Below, piece by piece: positions 1 to 12,705 of a stretch of DNA of 43,707 nucleotides. This DNA comes from Chiloscyllium plagiosum (lineage: Eukaryota). The position numbers and the translations under genes were made by a program. Where the stretch lies: assembly GCF_004010195.1 (NCBI RefSeq), contig NC_057720.1:1469543-1513249 (forward strand), given 5' to 3'. The notes under the pieces are model-generated. The model did not search any database, was not told the origin of the DNA, and saw only the letters and a program-made list of their open reading frames with translations. Position 1 is the stretch's first letter. Every line of letters starts with the position of its first letter.

Positions 1-566
1 CTCTAATTCTAACACTTGGCCTGGTTCATTATCCAGAACCAAATCCAGTATGGCCTCACCTCTTGTTGGCCTATCTACATATTGTGTCAGGAAACCCTCC
101 TGCACACATTGGACAAACACTGACCCATCTAACGAACTTGAGCTATAGCTTTCCCAATCAATATCAGGAAAGTTAAAGTCCCCCATAACAACCACCCTAT
201 TACTTTCACTCTTCTCCTGAATCATCCTCGCCATCCTTTCTTCTACGTTTCTAGGACTATTAGGAGGCCTGTAAAAAAACTCCTATCAGGGTGACCTCAC
301 CTTTCCTATTCCTAACCTCAGCCCAAACTACCTCAGATGGCGAGTCTTCATCCATCATCCTTTCCACAGCTGTAATACTAAGTCCCCATCCACCGTCCTC
401 TCCACCACTGTAATACTATCTTTGACAAGCAATGCCAAACCTCCCCCTCTTTTACCCCCACCTCTGACCCTACTAAAACATTTAAACCCTGGAACCTGCA
501 ACAGCCAATCCTGTCCCTGTTCTACCCATGTCTCCGTAATAGCCACAACATCGAAGTCCCAGGTAC
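1..566 (-). mobile_element. CR1-clade LINE fragment, ORF2 APE endonuclease region
   Basis: ORF 355..600 reads DVVAITETW...PGFKCFSRVR...GGGLALLVKD, typical CR1 endonuclease motifs; the minus strand continues through GDFNFPDI and LDLVLD with frameshifts. Confidence 0.85.
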
Positions 567-689
567 CAATGATAGCTCGCAAAAAAGAAAGATATGTCAT
601 TTAGCTACAGTTACAACATTTAAGAGACATTTGGATAGCTATATGGCTAGGAAAGGTTTAAAAGGATATGGACCAAGACCAGGCAAATT

Positions 690-1045
690 GGGAGGCAATG
701 GCCTAGTGGTATTATCGCTGGACTGTTAATCCAGATCCCCAGGTAATGTTCTGGGGACCCAGGTTCGAATGCCCCCACAGCAGATGATGGAATTTGAATT
801 CAATAACAAATGTGGAGTTAAGAGTCTAATGATGATCATGAATCCATTGTCGATTATTGTAAAAACCCATCTGGTTCACTAATGTCCTTCAGGGAAGGAA
901 ACTGCCATCCTTACCTAGTCTAGCCTATATGTGACTCCAGATCCACAGCAATGTGGTTGACTCTCAACTTCCCCTTGGGCAGTTCGGGATGGGCAATAAA
1001 TGCTGGCCTACACAGTGATGCCCTCATCTTGTGAATGAATTTTAA
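690..1045 (+). mobile_element. tRNA-derived SINE inserted in a LINE 3' tail
   Basis: A-box-like TGGCCTAGTGG and B-box-like GGTTCGAAT; the 3' end GGGATGGGCAATAAATGCTGGCC is shared with LINE tails elsewhere in the window; a homologous copy lies at 18308-18664. Confidence 0.8.
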
Positions 1046-1164
1046 AAAGTGGAATTAATTTAGTTTGGGAAATTTGGTCAACATGTATGAGTTGGACTAA
1101 AGGATCTGTTTCCATCTTTATGACTCTGTGGGGTCTTTTAAATCATTTGCATTGCATTCTTGTA

Positions 1165-1472
1165 GGAAGTGTGACAGCTAATGCACACCCAACAATATCC
1201 CACAAACATCACTAAGGTAGTGTCCAAATGATGTGATTTTGTGACTTTAGTTATTGCCTTGGACATTAGGGCGAACTCCTTTGTTCTTCAAGATATTGCC
1301 ATTGGTATCTTTCATGCTGCATTGGCAGAAGACCGTATGTTGATTCAATGTCCCATCGGAAGGATGAACGCTCCATCAGTGCGACACTGAGTTTTGAACT
1401 GAAATGTCTGCAGTGGGACTTGACCTGCAACGTTCTGTCTCTGAGACCTTGCTACCCACTGAGCCACAGCTT
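1165..1472 (-). mobile_element. Old DeuSINE-like element (SacSINE1/AmnSINE1-type)
   Basis: Resembles the recalled reverse complement of the Deu domain (...TCCCATCGGAAGGATGAACGCTCCATCAGTGCGACACT...) and ends in a tRNA-like head (CTACCCACTGAGCCACAGC). Recognised from memory, not searched. Confidence 0.6.
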
Positions 1473-1564
1473 AACCCATTTGAGTTTTCATTACTTACTT
1501 TCTTTAAAGCACTGGATTCTGGCTTGTGAATTTAATCAAACTGACTTATAATTTTGTGCAATGA

Positions 1565-1651
1565 TCTTTCTCTCTTTCTCTCTCTCTCTTTCTTTCTCTC
1601 TTTCTCTGTCTCTTCCTCTCTGTCTCTCTTTCTTTCTGTCTCTCTTTCTTT
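1565..1651 (+). repeat. CT-rich microsatellite / polypyrimidine tract
   Basis: (CT/CTTT/CTGT)n run ending in TTTAG, a plausible splice acceptor. Confidence 0.9.
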
Positions 1652-1653
1652 AG

Positions 1654-1719
1654 TCTACACGACGTGCAGATGCCTGACCCAAATAAAATAAACCAACTGT
1701 TTCTGCTGGATGAACTTGT
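1654..1719 (+). CDS. Putative 66-bp internal exon of an unidentified gene (LHDVQMPDPNKINQLFLLDEL)
   Basis: Follows a long pyrimidine tract plus AG; only one frame is open; a GC-type donor (GCAAGT at 1720) gives phase 2, matching the phase of the exon at 3239. Confidence 0.4.
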
Positions 1720-2173
1720 GCAAGTTGTCCAGACATTCATTAAAATTATTTTAGAACCACAGAGTTGTACAGGAGAGGGGACTATTCAGTCTGTTCTATC
1801 TGTGCCAGTTCTTTGAAAGAATATCCAGTATAGTCCCAAAACCATGTAAATTGTTCCTTATGAATAATGCTTTCTAAAAGCTCTGTGATCCCACCAATCT
1901 GGGTTTCATTTTCTTCATTCTTTTTTGGGGTGTAGGTATCACTGGCAGGGCAAGTATTTGTCTCTTGTTTCCCTTTTACAATCAAGGTTCTTACTTAGCC
2001 TGTTCATAGGGCAATTAGATGCCTTTGCAACAGCACTCAGTGATTGCATGCACCCCCTGCATATGTTCAAGAAGGCAAAGTACTCATCACCTGAGGGCAG
2101 TTAGAGATGAGCAATAAATTCTGGCCCAACCAGTGATGTGCATGTCCCATGAACCAATTTAATTGGTGACCAG

Positions 2174-2394
2174 GAGAAAGTGAGGTCTGCAGATGCTGGA
2201 GATCAAAGTTGAAACTTTATTGCTGGAACAGCACAGCAGGTCAGGCAGCATCCAGGGAACAGGAGATTCGACGTTTCGGGCATAGGCCCTTCTTCAGGAA
2301 AGAGGAAGAAGGGCCTGTGCCCGAAACGTCGAATCTCCTGTTCCCTGGATGCTGCCTGACCTGCTGTGCTATTCCAGCAATAAAGTTTCAACAA
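2174..2394. mobile_element. Palindromic Penelope-derived short element with hammerhead core
   Basis: Inverted arms 2208-2295 and 2305-2392; flanked by the 14-bp direct repeat TAATTGGTGACCAG (2160-2173, 2395-2408). Confidence 0.85.
2267..2300 (-). ncRNA. Minimal hammerhead ribozyme motif (PLE type)
   Basis: Minus strand reads CUGAAGA-A-GGGC-CUAU-GCCC-GAAAC-GUC: conserved core, stem II and a GUC cleavage triplet. Confidence 0.65.
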
Positions 2395-3238
2395 TAATTG
2401 GTGACCAGACCAAGTAAGGATGGCAGATTTTCCTCCCGAAAGTTGGGTGAACTAGTTGGATTTTTCCAACAACTTCTTGTTTACTTACCTTTCCTTCCTG
2501 TGATATTAGAGCATGAAAATTCCAAATTCAGTCGTGTCTTAACCAGTGTTTCCTGTAAACTGCATAGCAATCAGAATGTGCCATAGGAAAAAGAAGCAGG
2601 ACAGATCCAGACACAATGTATATTTATCTTAAAGGGAATATACATCAACTTTTAAAGAGATTGCACACTGCAACAAGGTGGCAGATCACGGCAAACAGAA
2701 ATTAGAGGACATATTGATTTTTATTTCACTCCAGGACATTAAAGTACCAAGCCACCTGACTTCCAAAAGTTTTAGTAATCAAATCAAAAAATTGGGGTGG
2801 TACAATTTAAACCTTTGATCTGCTGTCATAATTTTGTGTAGTTTTGGAGTTTTCCACCATCTCTATGCCTTCATATAGAGTATTTCAGTGCTCTTTATAG
2901 AATTGAAAGAGGCCATTTGGCTGTCGTACTATCACTAGCACTTTGAAAGAATTGTCCAATTTGTTGCACTCCCCACATCTTTCTCCATAGCCATTTAAAA
3001 TTTTCTTTTGAGGATTTTTCCAATTCCCTTTTGAAAGTTATTAAATCTGCTCCCAGTGCCCTTTCAGGCACTGCTGTCCAGATCTCACTTTCAAAACAAA
3101 GTCTCCCCACTTGATAACTGTCAAAAGAAATTAAATCTGTGGTGTTTAATTATCAGTACTCTTACCAGTAGAAACAGTTTCTCTTTTGTTTAGTCTTATT
3201 AAGCTGTCTCTTCATTTTGATTCTTGTATGAATTTTAG

Positions 3239-3434
3239 GTTTTGTGCTGGTCTCGAAGCTGCTCTAAGTGCTCCAGTGACTTCTGAACAACTGGATGAAA
3301 AGGTGAACATAGCTGCCAGTGTGTACACTCGCAGAAGGAGGCAGAGAGCTACCAAGAAAGAACGAGGAAATGGCGGAGCAACAGCCCATAGTGATGGCGA
3401 GAGTGACCTCGCATTTCTGATGGGCAACACCTGA
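3239..3434 (+). CDS. Putative terminal coding exon of an unidentified gene (FCAGLEAALSAPVTSEQLDEKVNIAASVYTRRRRQRATKKERGNGGATAHSDGESDLAFLMGNT*)
   Basis: Non-repetitive sequence with acceptor AATTTTAG|G, 64 protein-like codons including a basic NLS-like run, then TGA, followed by AT-rich UTR-like sequence with AATAAA motifs. Confidence 0.55.
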
Positions 3435-6400
3435 TCACGACATTTTAATCCTCAGAATGAAATTGAAGAAAACTGCAGCCCTTGCGCACAGTTGGAGAGC
3501 CTGAAGGGCTCAACTGATATCTCTGAAAATCATCTTTCCACCAACAATTGGGATAATTTAATCAGAGGTCTTTTTTTCCCCAGTTGTATGGGTCTTTTTT
3601 TTTTCAGACTTTTTTTTTGGTGAACTAAATTTTATCCTTCTTCATTTAAAAACAAAATGAAGATTTTAAGTAACATTAACCAGGTAAGACTGTGACACTT
3701 CAGGTCACGTTAGTTGAAAATTTCTTCAAATGTTCACTTAGTGAAGGCAACATAAGACAAAGGTGTTTAAATAATGTGTCTCAGATGATCCATGTTATAT
3801 TTAATTTAAATACTTGCAAGAGGAAAACATTTGCAGGGCTGTGAGAAAAGGGATGGAGTGTAGGATTGATTAGCTCTTCATGAGTTAACACATGCATGAT
3901 GGGGTGAATGGCTTCTACTACATTTGTGAATAATATGAGAGAGTGCAGAAATAAGTGTATTTGATTGACTTTGCACATGCATTCCCAGCAATACAAGTGC
4001 AATTAATGTTGGCTGTACAGTAAGACACTGACAATTCCCATTGTAGTTTTTATATGGTAAAACCTCACTAGATGCTTAGTGTCAACAAATAAAATCTGGT
4101 GCCATATTTCTAGGAGTCATTAAAAGGTGACCAAAGCCTGGCTAAAGAGTTAGGATTTAAGAAATGTCTTAGAGATAAAGAAATTCAGGGAAGGAATCCC
4201 ATAATTTGGAGCCAGGTATCCAAAGGTACAATGAATAAAGGTTAAAGAACGACATGCTATTTTATGGAATACACACAACACTGCTTCCTAAATCACTGCA
4301 TCTCCAGTCCAACAAGGAAGGAAGCATTGCTTGATTAAGTTCTGCAATGTAAATGGAGCGAATAGCTAATAGAAAGTAAAAGAAAATTGGGGAATGGTGA
4401 CTGCAACACAGTTGGGTTCATTATAGGAAAATGGGATGGAGAGGTAATTAAGCAGGACAACTCCGTAACAGGTGATTAATCCTCTCCTGGGAAATGGGTA
4501 AACAGTACACAGACTCAGAGATCAAAATGGGTGAGGGGTAACAAAACAAATCTGGTACCATGGATAAATTGAGTATGAAACTTAAAAGGGAAGCATGTGT
4601 TCCCTTAAAACTCCCGATATTGAGATTAACAGAAAGCTAGGAAGGACTAACTTTTGCATTGCACCCTTCGCAATTGTCGGCTGCTCCGAAAGCTGCCTAG
4701 CCAATGAAATAGATTCTGTTGGTGATTTATCTTAAACTTGGCTTGGCTGGAGAGGCAGGTGTGACTTCTCAGGTCTGCCACAGTGTAAGAGCGGAGCAAA
4801 AGGCCTGAGGATTGTTAAACCGTAGCTCTGGTTTGAATTATAAGCCACAGTTGCTTTTTTGTTTATGACGCTGATGACGTTTTTGTACTTTTCTTTTTTT
4901 GTGAAGCATGCTGGATATTTGATGGTTCACTAAAATTCAACAAGACAGTCGCCTTCTTCCTATTCCAATTATGAGGGTAATTGGGCATTTAGTGTCGGAA
5001 ATAGCAGTCCATGGATACAATTCAGCTGCAGAATTCCAAAAAGAAATACTGAGCTTACTGTTTGTATACAAATCATGACTGGTGGCTACTTAGTTCTGTT
5101 ATGATGTATAAACTTAACCTTGGCTTCTGTGCACTAAAACTGCTTTTGTTGCAAAATTTTTATTTTTAATCAAAATACTACTGTTAACATAATTATCATT
5201 TTTGGGCTGTACCTGAATTTAGTTTCTCCTCTCTTATCCTTTTTTTATTTTTTGATGTACGAAGGGGTGAGGGTCTTCAATGAATATAGAGGCTGGAGAA
5301 GTTGGGCAAAGAAGGTTAAAGAGGACTTAATCAAACTGTTCAAAATTGTGAAGTGAATTTGATAGAGTAAGGAAGGTGAAACTGTTTCCAGTGGCAGGAG
5401 GGTCAGCGATAAGACAGATGCAAATCTGAGGGAGATAGCAAAAGAAAAACTGTCTGGGAGGGAATGAGGTATTTTTTAAAAATACAGTGAGTTGCTGTGA
5501 TCTGTAATGCACTGCCTGAACTGGCAATGGAAGCAAATTCAATAGTTTCAGAAGGGAATTAGATCTGTACTTCAAATATTTGCAGGGCCACGGCAAAAGA
5601 GTGGGGAAATAAAATTATTTGGAATGCTCGCTCAACAAGCGAGCACAGACCCAATGGGCCATAAGGTCCTCTTTGTAACGTGTGATTCCATAATTGATCA
5701 GGAGATATGTGTTACTTGATAAGGCTGACATTTTACTGTCACACAGTTTTCCTGAAGGCAGGAGTGGATTGGCTTCGTACAAACTGGATTGCTACACTCT
5801 GCTTTGTTCGGCCCTTTCACAGAGAAGGAGCATTAGATTGTGTTGATATGGGTCTGCAGCAACAAAGGAAGACCGGGTAAGGACAACAGGTTCCTTTCTC
5901 AACAGGACTTTTTTTTTTAACCAAGTTGACCTTTTATGACAATACAGTAGCCTTGCAGTCATTTTTACTGGAAGCAGCTTTATATTTTCAATATTTAAAC
6001 TGAATTTAAATTATCCATGTAATTTAAATAGGTATTCCTGGATTATTAATCCTGGTGCCCATTTAGCCACTAAATAACTTTAAACACAGAATGGTGTTGT
6101 GTACATTTTTTAATAAAGGTTTAAACAATTCTTTTCTGCAGTCTGATCTACTTCTTACATTTCCTGAAAAAGCACTACAGCAGCTGAGTAAGATTGACTG
6201 CATTTCCCAATAGGAAATAGTGTTAGATTTTTGTAGACTTCTCTATCAAGCCAGTAGATGGTGTGACTCTGTAACAGTCTCTCACTACTGGCTAGTACTT
6301 GATTCTGAAGCAGTGGGTGATGGTTTAGCAAAAATCTCCAACCTCCAATTAAATATGGAAGATGGCAGATTGAAGCTATTGTTTTCAGTCCCTGCTCCAA

Positions 6401-8331
6401 ACCAAATTTCTACTACCTGTGATCCAATTCCTCCCTATCAACAGTCTGCATCTGTTCACAAATTTAGTGTCAGGTGAGTTTCCAACCTCATTTTCATGCC
6501 ATTGTTAAGACCATACAGTATATCAGGAGGCAATCTCCACACATTGGCGATTAAACACCTTAAATATAAATATTTATTGGTTATAAAAACCCATTTGTAT
6601 CACTAATACCCTTCAGGGAAGGAAATCTGTTATCCTTATCTGGTCTGATCTGCACATGACTCCAGACTCTCAATGTGGTTGACTGTTGAACAGCTGTCCG
6701 GGTAATTCAGAATGGGTAATAAGTGCTGGCCTAGCTAGCAATACCTGCATCATATGAAGGAAAAAGAAAATAAAAAGCTTTAAGGATTTAAACTTGTGAA
6801 AATGAATATTGACACAGAATAACAACTACATGAAGATGTCTATCAAGCAAAGTCACTGAGAACCATGACCTAAAATACACTTGTCAGTGGGAGCTCATAT
6901 ACACACCTGTTGAGAACTGTTGACATCGAGTTGGCAAGGAGCCATGAGGATGAGGGGGCCATGTGATGTGGCCTGAGAACTATAAGGGACAGGTGGGCAG
7001 GGTGTTTTTTTCTTTCTTGCTTATAGGCTGTGGGTGAATGAGCCTAGAGAAGGTAGTGGTAAGCTGCCCTCTTCAACTACTGCAGTCCATGTGCTGTGGG
7101 TTAACCCACAATGCCATTAGGGAGGGCATTCCAAGTTTTTGACGCAGTGACACTGAAGGAATGGCAGTGTATTTCCAAGTCAAAATGGTGAGTTGTTTGA
7201 CTACAAGGAGATTTGGTGCACTCTGAAAGGAGCTATAGAAATCCAAATCTACTTCAAAGAGTGAAAGGGAAGAACAATAGATTGTGATATTCAGCAGTGG
7301 ATTATAGTTTTGTTTTACCAAAAAGTCCCACCGAGGGTAACTGGGAAACCCATGATTTGGGGATGACAAGCAGTAGAAGACACAAGGTGTGGAGGAGGGT
7401 TGGAAATTGACTTTACAAATCCATTTCAGATGCAATTGTGATTATAGTTTTCCGTCATGGCTAAGTTATAACATTTAAGTCATTGGAGTGTGGTTAATAT
7501 TGTAGAATTCTTTAACAAGACCAGAGAGGTAATGTAACACTAATAAATTATTTTCTTTCCACATCAATGTCTGATACTTCATAAAAAACACATGTCAGCC
7601 AAGATTCCCTTCAAGCAATGTGCTGAAACATGTCACCCCTTGAAAATTATGTAAAAGACTATACAATATGTATTAATATTGGGGGTTGGGGAGAGAAAAT
7701 TATGGCTTTTACATGTAACAAAATCTTCACTGGGTGGTGAAAATGCTCGCTGTTTGACCTTGAACACACTTGCAATAAATGGCCAGAGGACAATTGCAAT
7801 GAATGAAAATCCAAACCATTAAATTATTTTGTTTAAATAAAAAGGTGGACATGGTAGAAACACAGAGATTTTCTTTAAAAAACATCATTAGCAATATCAT
7901 TTTTTAAAAATCAAGATATGAATATAATAAGCACATACTTCTATATTCCTTATGGGGCTCTGAACACTGCTGCCTGGTCCAGTATTTATCTCCCATCCCT
8001 AACTGGCCTGGAAAAATGAGCAGTCTTTTTTAACTGTTGTAACCTCTTTGGTAGAGGGGCACCCACAGTCCAGTTAGAGAGGGAGCTCCAAGATTAGGAG
8101 CTCGTAACAATGAAGGATTGACAATATATTTCCAAATCAAAATGTGTATTCTTGTTCTTTTGAACATAAAGAACATACAAACTAGGAGCAGGAGTAAGCC
8201 GCCTGGTCCTTTGAGCTTGCTCTGCCATTCAATAAAATCATGGCAGATCTCTTCGTGGACTCAAATCCACTTAACTGCATGCTCACCGTATCCCTGTATT
8301 CCTTTATTGTTCAAAAAAATCTATCTTAGTT

Positions 8332-9186
8332 TGAGGACTTGTCTACTGAGGTAGTATGGGCTGAGATGAGAAACAGGAAAGGAGTTTTCTACAGACCTCC
8401 GAATAGTTCCAGAGATGTAGAGGAAAGGATAGCAAAGATGATTCTTGATAGGAGCGAGAGTGACTGAGTAGTTGTTATGGGGGACTTTAACTTTCCAAAT
8501 ATTGACTAGTAGTACTATAGTTTGAGTATTTTAGATGGGTCAGTTTTTATCCACTGCAGGATGGTTTCCTGACACAGTATGTAGACAGACCAACAAGGGG
8601 CGAGGCCACATTGGATTTGATACTGGGTAATGAACCCGGCCAGGTGTTAGATTTGGAGGGAGGTAAGCACTTAGTTAATAGTGACCACAATTCAGTTATG
8701 TTTAGTGATGGGAAAGTTTAGGTATATACCGCAGGTCAAGAGTTATAGCTGAGGGAAAGGCAATTATGTGCAGCACGATGGCTTAGTGTTTAACACTGCT
8801 GCCTCACAGCACCAGGGTCCCAGGTTCGATTCCAGCCTTGGGCGATTGTCTGTGTGGAGTTTGCACATTCTTCCCTTGTCTGCATGGGTTTGTTCCGGGT
8901 GCTCCGGTTTCCTCCCACTGTCCAAAGATGTGCAGGTTAGGTGATTTGGCCATGCTAAATTGCCCGTAGTGTTAGGTGCATTAGTCAGAGGGAATGGGTC
9001 TGGGTGGGTCTCGGAGGGTCGGTATGGACTAGTTGGGTCGAAGGGCCTGTTTTCACACTGTAGGGAATCTAATGTAAATCTAATCTAGGCTAATAATGTA
9101 ACTAGGCAAGATTTTGGATTTGTGGGATTGGGAAGGGAACTGCAGGGGATGGGCACAATTGAAATGTGGAGCTTATACGAGGAACA
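8332..9186 (+). mobile_element. Older CR1 copy, left half (endonuclease region), interrupted by a SINE and by the ACLY-carrying element
   Basis: Reads EVVWAEMRNRKG, GDFNFPNI, LDLILGNEPG; homologous to the intact minus-strand copy around 23500-24060. Confidence 0.85.
8770..9087 (+). mobile_element. HE1/V-SINE-like tRNA SINE, full length
   Basis: tRNA head (TGGCTTAGTG...GGTTCGATTCC), V-domain CTGTGTGGAGTTTGCAC...GGGTGCTCCGGTTTCCTCCCAC, tail GAAGGGCCTGTT...(AATCT)n. Confidence 0.85.
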
Positions 9187-10339
9187 TAGAACATAGAAGA
9201 ATACAGCGCAGTACAGGCCCTTTGGCCCTCGATGTTGCGCCGATCCAAGCCCACCTAACCTATACTAACCCACTATCCTCCATATACCTATCCAATGCCC
9301 GCTTAAATGCCCATAAAGAGGGAGAGTCCACCACTGCTACTGGCAGGGCATTCCATGAACTTACGACTCGCTGAGTGAAGAACCTACCCCTAACTTCAGT
9401 CCTATATCTACCCCCCCTTAATTTAAAGCTATGCCCCCTTGTAATACCCGACTCCATACGCGGGAAAAGGTTCAACTGTCAACCCTATCTAACCCCCTAA
9501 TCATCTTGTACACCTCAATCAAGTCACCCCTAAACCTTCTTTTCTCCAATGAAAACAGCCCCAAGTGCCTCAGCCTTTCCTCATACGATCTTCCTACCAT
9601 ACCAGGCAACATCCTGGTAAACCTCCTCTGCACCCGTTCCAGTGCCTCCACATCCTTCCTATAGTATGGCAACCAAAACTGCACACAATACTCCAGAGTC
9701 TTATACAACTGCAACATGACCTAAGGGCTCCGGAACTCAATTCCTCTACCAATAAAAGCCAGTACGCCATATGCCGCCTTCACCGCACTATTTACCTGGG
9801 TGGCAACTTTCAAAGATCTGTGTACATGGACACCAAGATCCCTCTGCTCATCCACACTACCAAGTATCCGACCATTAGCCCAGTACCCCATCTTATTGTT
9901 ATTCTTCCCAAAGTGAATCACCTCACACTTAGCTACATTAAACTCCATTTGCCACCTTTCTGCCCAGCTCTGCAGCCTCTCTATATCCTGCTGTAACCTG
10001 CCACATCCTTCCTCACTGTCAACAACTCCTCCGACTTTCGTATCATCCGCAAACTTGCTCACCCAACCTTCTAACCCCTCTTCCAGGTCATTTATAAAAA
10101 TGACAAACAGCAATGGTCCCAAAACAGATCCTTGCGGAACACCGCTAGTGACGGCACTCCATGAAGAAACTTTGCCATCAACTACTACCCTCTGTCTTCT
10201 TCCATCCAGCCAATTCCTAATCCAAACCTCCAACCCACCCTCAATGCCATATCTCCGTATTTTCTGCAGTAGCCTACCATGGGGAACCTTATCAAACGCC
10301 TTACTAAAATCCATATATACCACATCTACCGCTTTCCCC
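9187..10339 (-). mobile_element. Young CR1 LINE 3' portion (RT C-terminal half, 3'UTR, TTCTATG tail); 3' arm of the composite element
   Basis: ORFs 9721..10341, 9472..9717 and 9260..9475 give [21 protein letters not shown] and FADDT; tail at ~9184-9196; premature TAG at 9721-9723 and a 15-bp deletion near 9695 relative to the sister copy 31549-32335. Confidence 0.95.
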
Positions 10340-10786
10340 AAGTGTTTTTGACTTGGGTTTACAAGGGTTTATCATTGAAGGTGACACTTCTAAATTAAAT
10401 ACAAATAAATGTCATACATCTCATATTATCTCATGGTTGTGGTGAATTGATTTAAGATTTTAAGGAATAGCTTTTTACAAATTAAAACAGGAAAACCAGA
10501 GTTTGGAACACAAGTATAAGTTGTCTTGAGTTGCTGGGGAGTACAGTGGCTGTAATCTGCCAATTGTGTTGATGTTCAGTGTTTTGGAAGCACTCTGATT
10601 TATTCCGTGTTGAAGATTGGGGTAACTGCATCTAGAGGTGACAACGTTTCAGCTGTCACAAATATATAGTCTGGGAATGATGATCAGTCACTTTGGAAAT
10701 ACCATGATCTGATAGAGATCCTGGTATGTACTGCACATTTAAATCGCCATTGTGGTATTTGATGAATTAAACTTTCCTGATCACAG

Positions 10787-10900
10787 ATTAACAATCCAGA
10801 CATGAGGGTACAGATCCTAAAGGATTTTGTGAAGCAGCATTTCCCAGCCACACCTCTCCTCGACTATGCGCTAGAAGTGGAGAAGATTACTACCTCCAAG
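10787..10900 (+). CDS. ACLY: ATP-citrate lyase exon ([38 protein letters not shown]), within the captured fragment
   Basis: CACAG| acceptor and |GTATGG donor; 114 bp, phase 0-0; near-identical to the vertebrate ACLY C-terminal citrate-synthase-homology domain. Confidence 0.95.
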
Positions 10901-11656
10901 GTATGGAACCTACACAGGAACCTGAAAACTGGTCAGCAAATAACCTATCTTCCACAGACTTCAGTTCTATCGGGGATTGAGTGATGAATATTAATTCAGC
11001 TGTAGAAATTTCAAAACTGATTTTGGTAACTCTGATCAAGGCCTTCAGAGTTTTGGTAGGGAAGGAAGCAGCGCCTTCATTGGAATTACCTGGAACAATC
11101 CTTTCAGAATAGCTCAAATTTTATTTTAGACTTTGATTAACTTCAGTTTGAGTAGCTTTGTGCTGTACACTGTGGAATGTGCTTCATTGTCAGATGGCAA
11201 GTTGGTTAAATGCAGAATCTGGGCAAGCAGTCACTGAGCTGCATTTTGAGGAATGGTCACTGGACCCAAAAAATTGATTCTATTTTCTCTTCACAGATGC
11301 TGCAGAACCTGTTGATCTTTTCCAGCAACTTCTGATTTTCTGACTTACAGCATCTGCAGTACTTTCCGTTTTTTGTCACTGAATTAGCTTGTTTCCAAAT
11401 TATTTGCCAACAGCATATCAATAAAATGTGGTTCTCTTTTTAAAGGAAAACTTTTCCTTAAGCAAAATCTGCAGCACAAAATGTGGTTGGATGAGCTTTC
11501 ACGAGACATGCTTACGTTTTATTTTTAATAATGCAAATTCTGAAGAATTAACCATTTCTGAATTGTTGCAGTTATTAAAATCTTGCCCCATCTGTTTTTA
11601 TTATTGATGTATAAATATTGTTTGAGAATTGAATGGTTACATTTTTTTTCTTTCAG

Positions 11657-11739
11657 AAACCAAATCTTATCCTGAATGTTGACGGTTTTATTGGTGTTGC
11701 CATGGTTGACTTGCTAAGAAACTGTGGTGCATTTACAAG
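11657..11739 (+). CDS. ACLY: ATP-citrate lyase exon ([28 protein letters not shown])
   Basis: TTTCAG| acceptor and |GTATGT donor; 83 bp, phase 0-2; contains the conserved NVDG motif. Confidence 0.95.
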
Positions 11740-12705
11740 GTATGTTCTCTCGGTGTAGGAAAAGTTGCACATTTTGATGTGGAACTATCTGAGGCTGTTA
11801 TTGAATTCAGTGACAGAAAAAGTATTTCTATAACATTTCACAACCTTTGGGTGCTTCATAGCAATTTTTATTCAATTGAGTATAATCGCAGTTGTTGGAG
11901 TTGTAAAGCAGTGAAATGATCCCTTGTCCATCGAGAGTACAAGTGCAGCCACAGGATGCACTGTCCCTGAGCTCATATGGGCAACTTCCTTGTTTCCAGT
12001 TTCACTGCTTTCTAAGTTGAATTGTAGAATCCTTAGTGTGGAAGCAGGCCATTTGGCCTATCAAGTCCATACTGGCCATCCAAAGAGATTCCTATTCAGA
12101 ACACCACCCAACTCTATCACTGTAACCCTGCATTTCCCATGGCCAATCCACCAAGCCTGCACATTTTTGGACATGGGGAGAATGTGCAAACTCTCACAGT
12201 CACCCGACAGTGAAAGGCCTGTTCCAGTACTGTGCAGTTCTGTGTTGTAACCTGAGCAGGAGTAGGCAATTCAGCACCTTAAACCTGCGCTACTGTTTAA
12301 TAGGATTATGTCTGATTGCACCTACATCTTCCTGCTCACTATGCATAATCCTTCAAATCATTAATGATTAAAAGTCCATCTATCTCCTCCTGAAGGTTCA
12401 ATATCTGATAACTGCTGCACTCTGGGGTAGTTGAGGACTTTTTTCATTGGTTGAGAGCGATAATAAGGGGTGGAAGTTGCATAACAGATTTCAAAGCAAA
12501 AATAGATTTGTAATGTTCACTGGAATAAAGGGAAGATTCTAGAAGGAAATGCAATTACTTGCCATAGTTTTGTACTGTGCATTGCTGACAATTCTACATG
12601 AACAGCAAGTGCTGGCTCTATGCCAGTGTCTGAGTACAGAGTAGTTAATGTTGACCTATCTTTCTCAATTTGAAAGTAGTGCTAATTTGCCTAAATTTTG
12701 TACAG

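Noticed and set aside
8770..8840. tRNA gene
   Set aside because: The A and B boxes belong to a SINE head followed by a V-domain and a LINE-like tail.
11243..11375. Hammerhead ribozyme within the captured ACLY intron
   Set aside because: Old PLE-terminus relic with a degenerate core (TTGAGGA...CCAAAAAATT).
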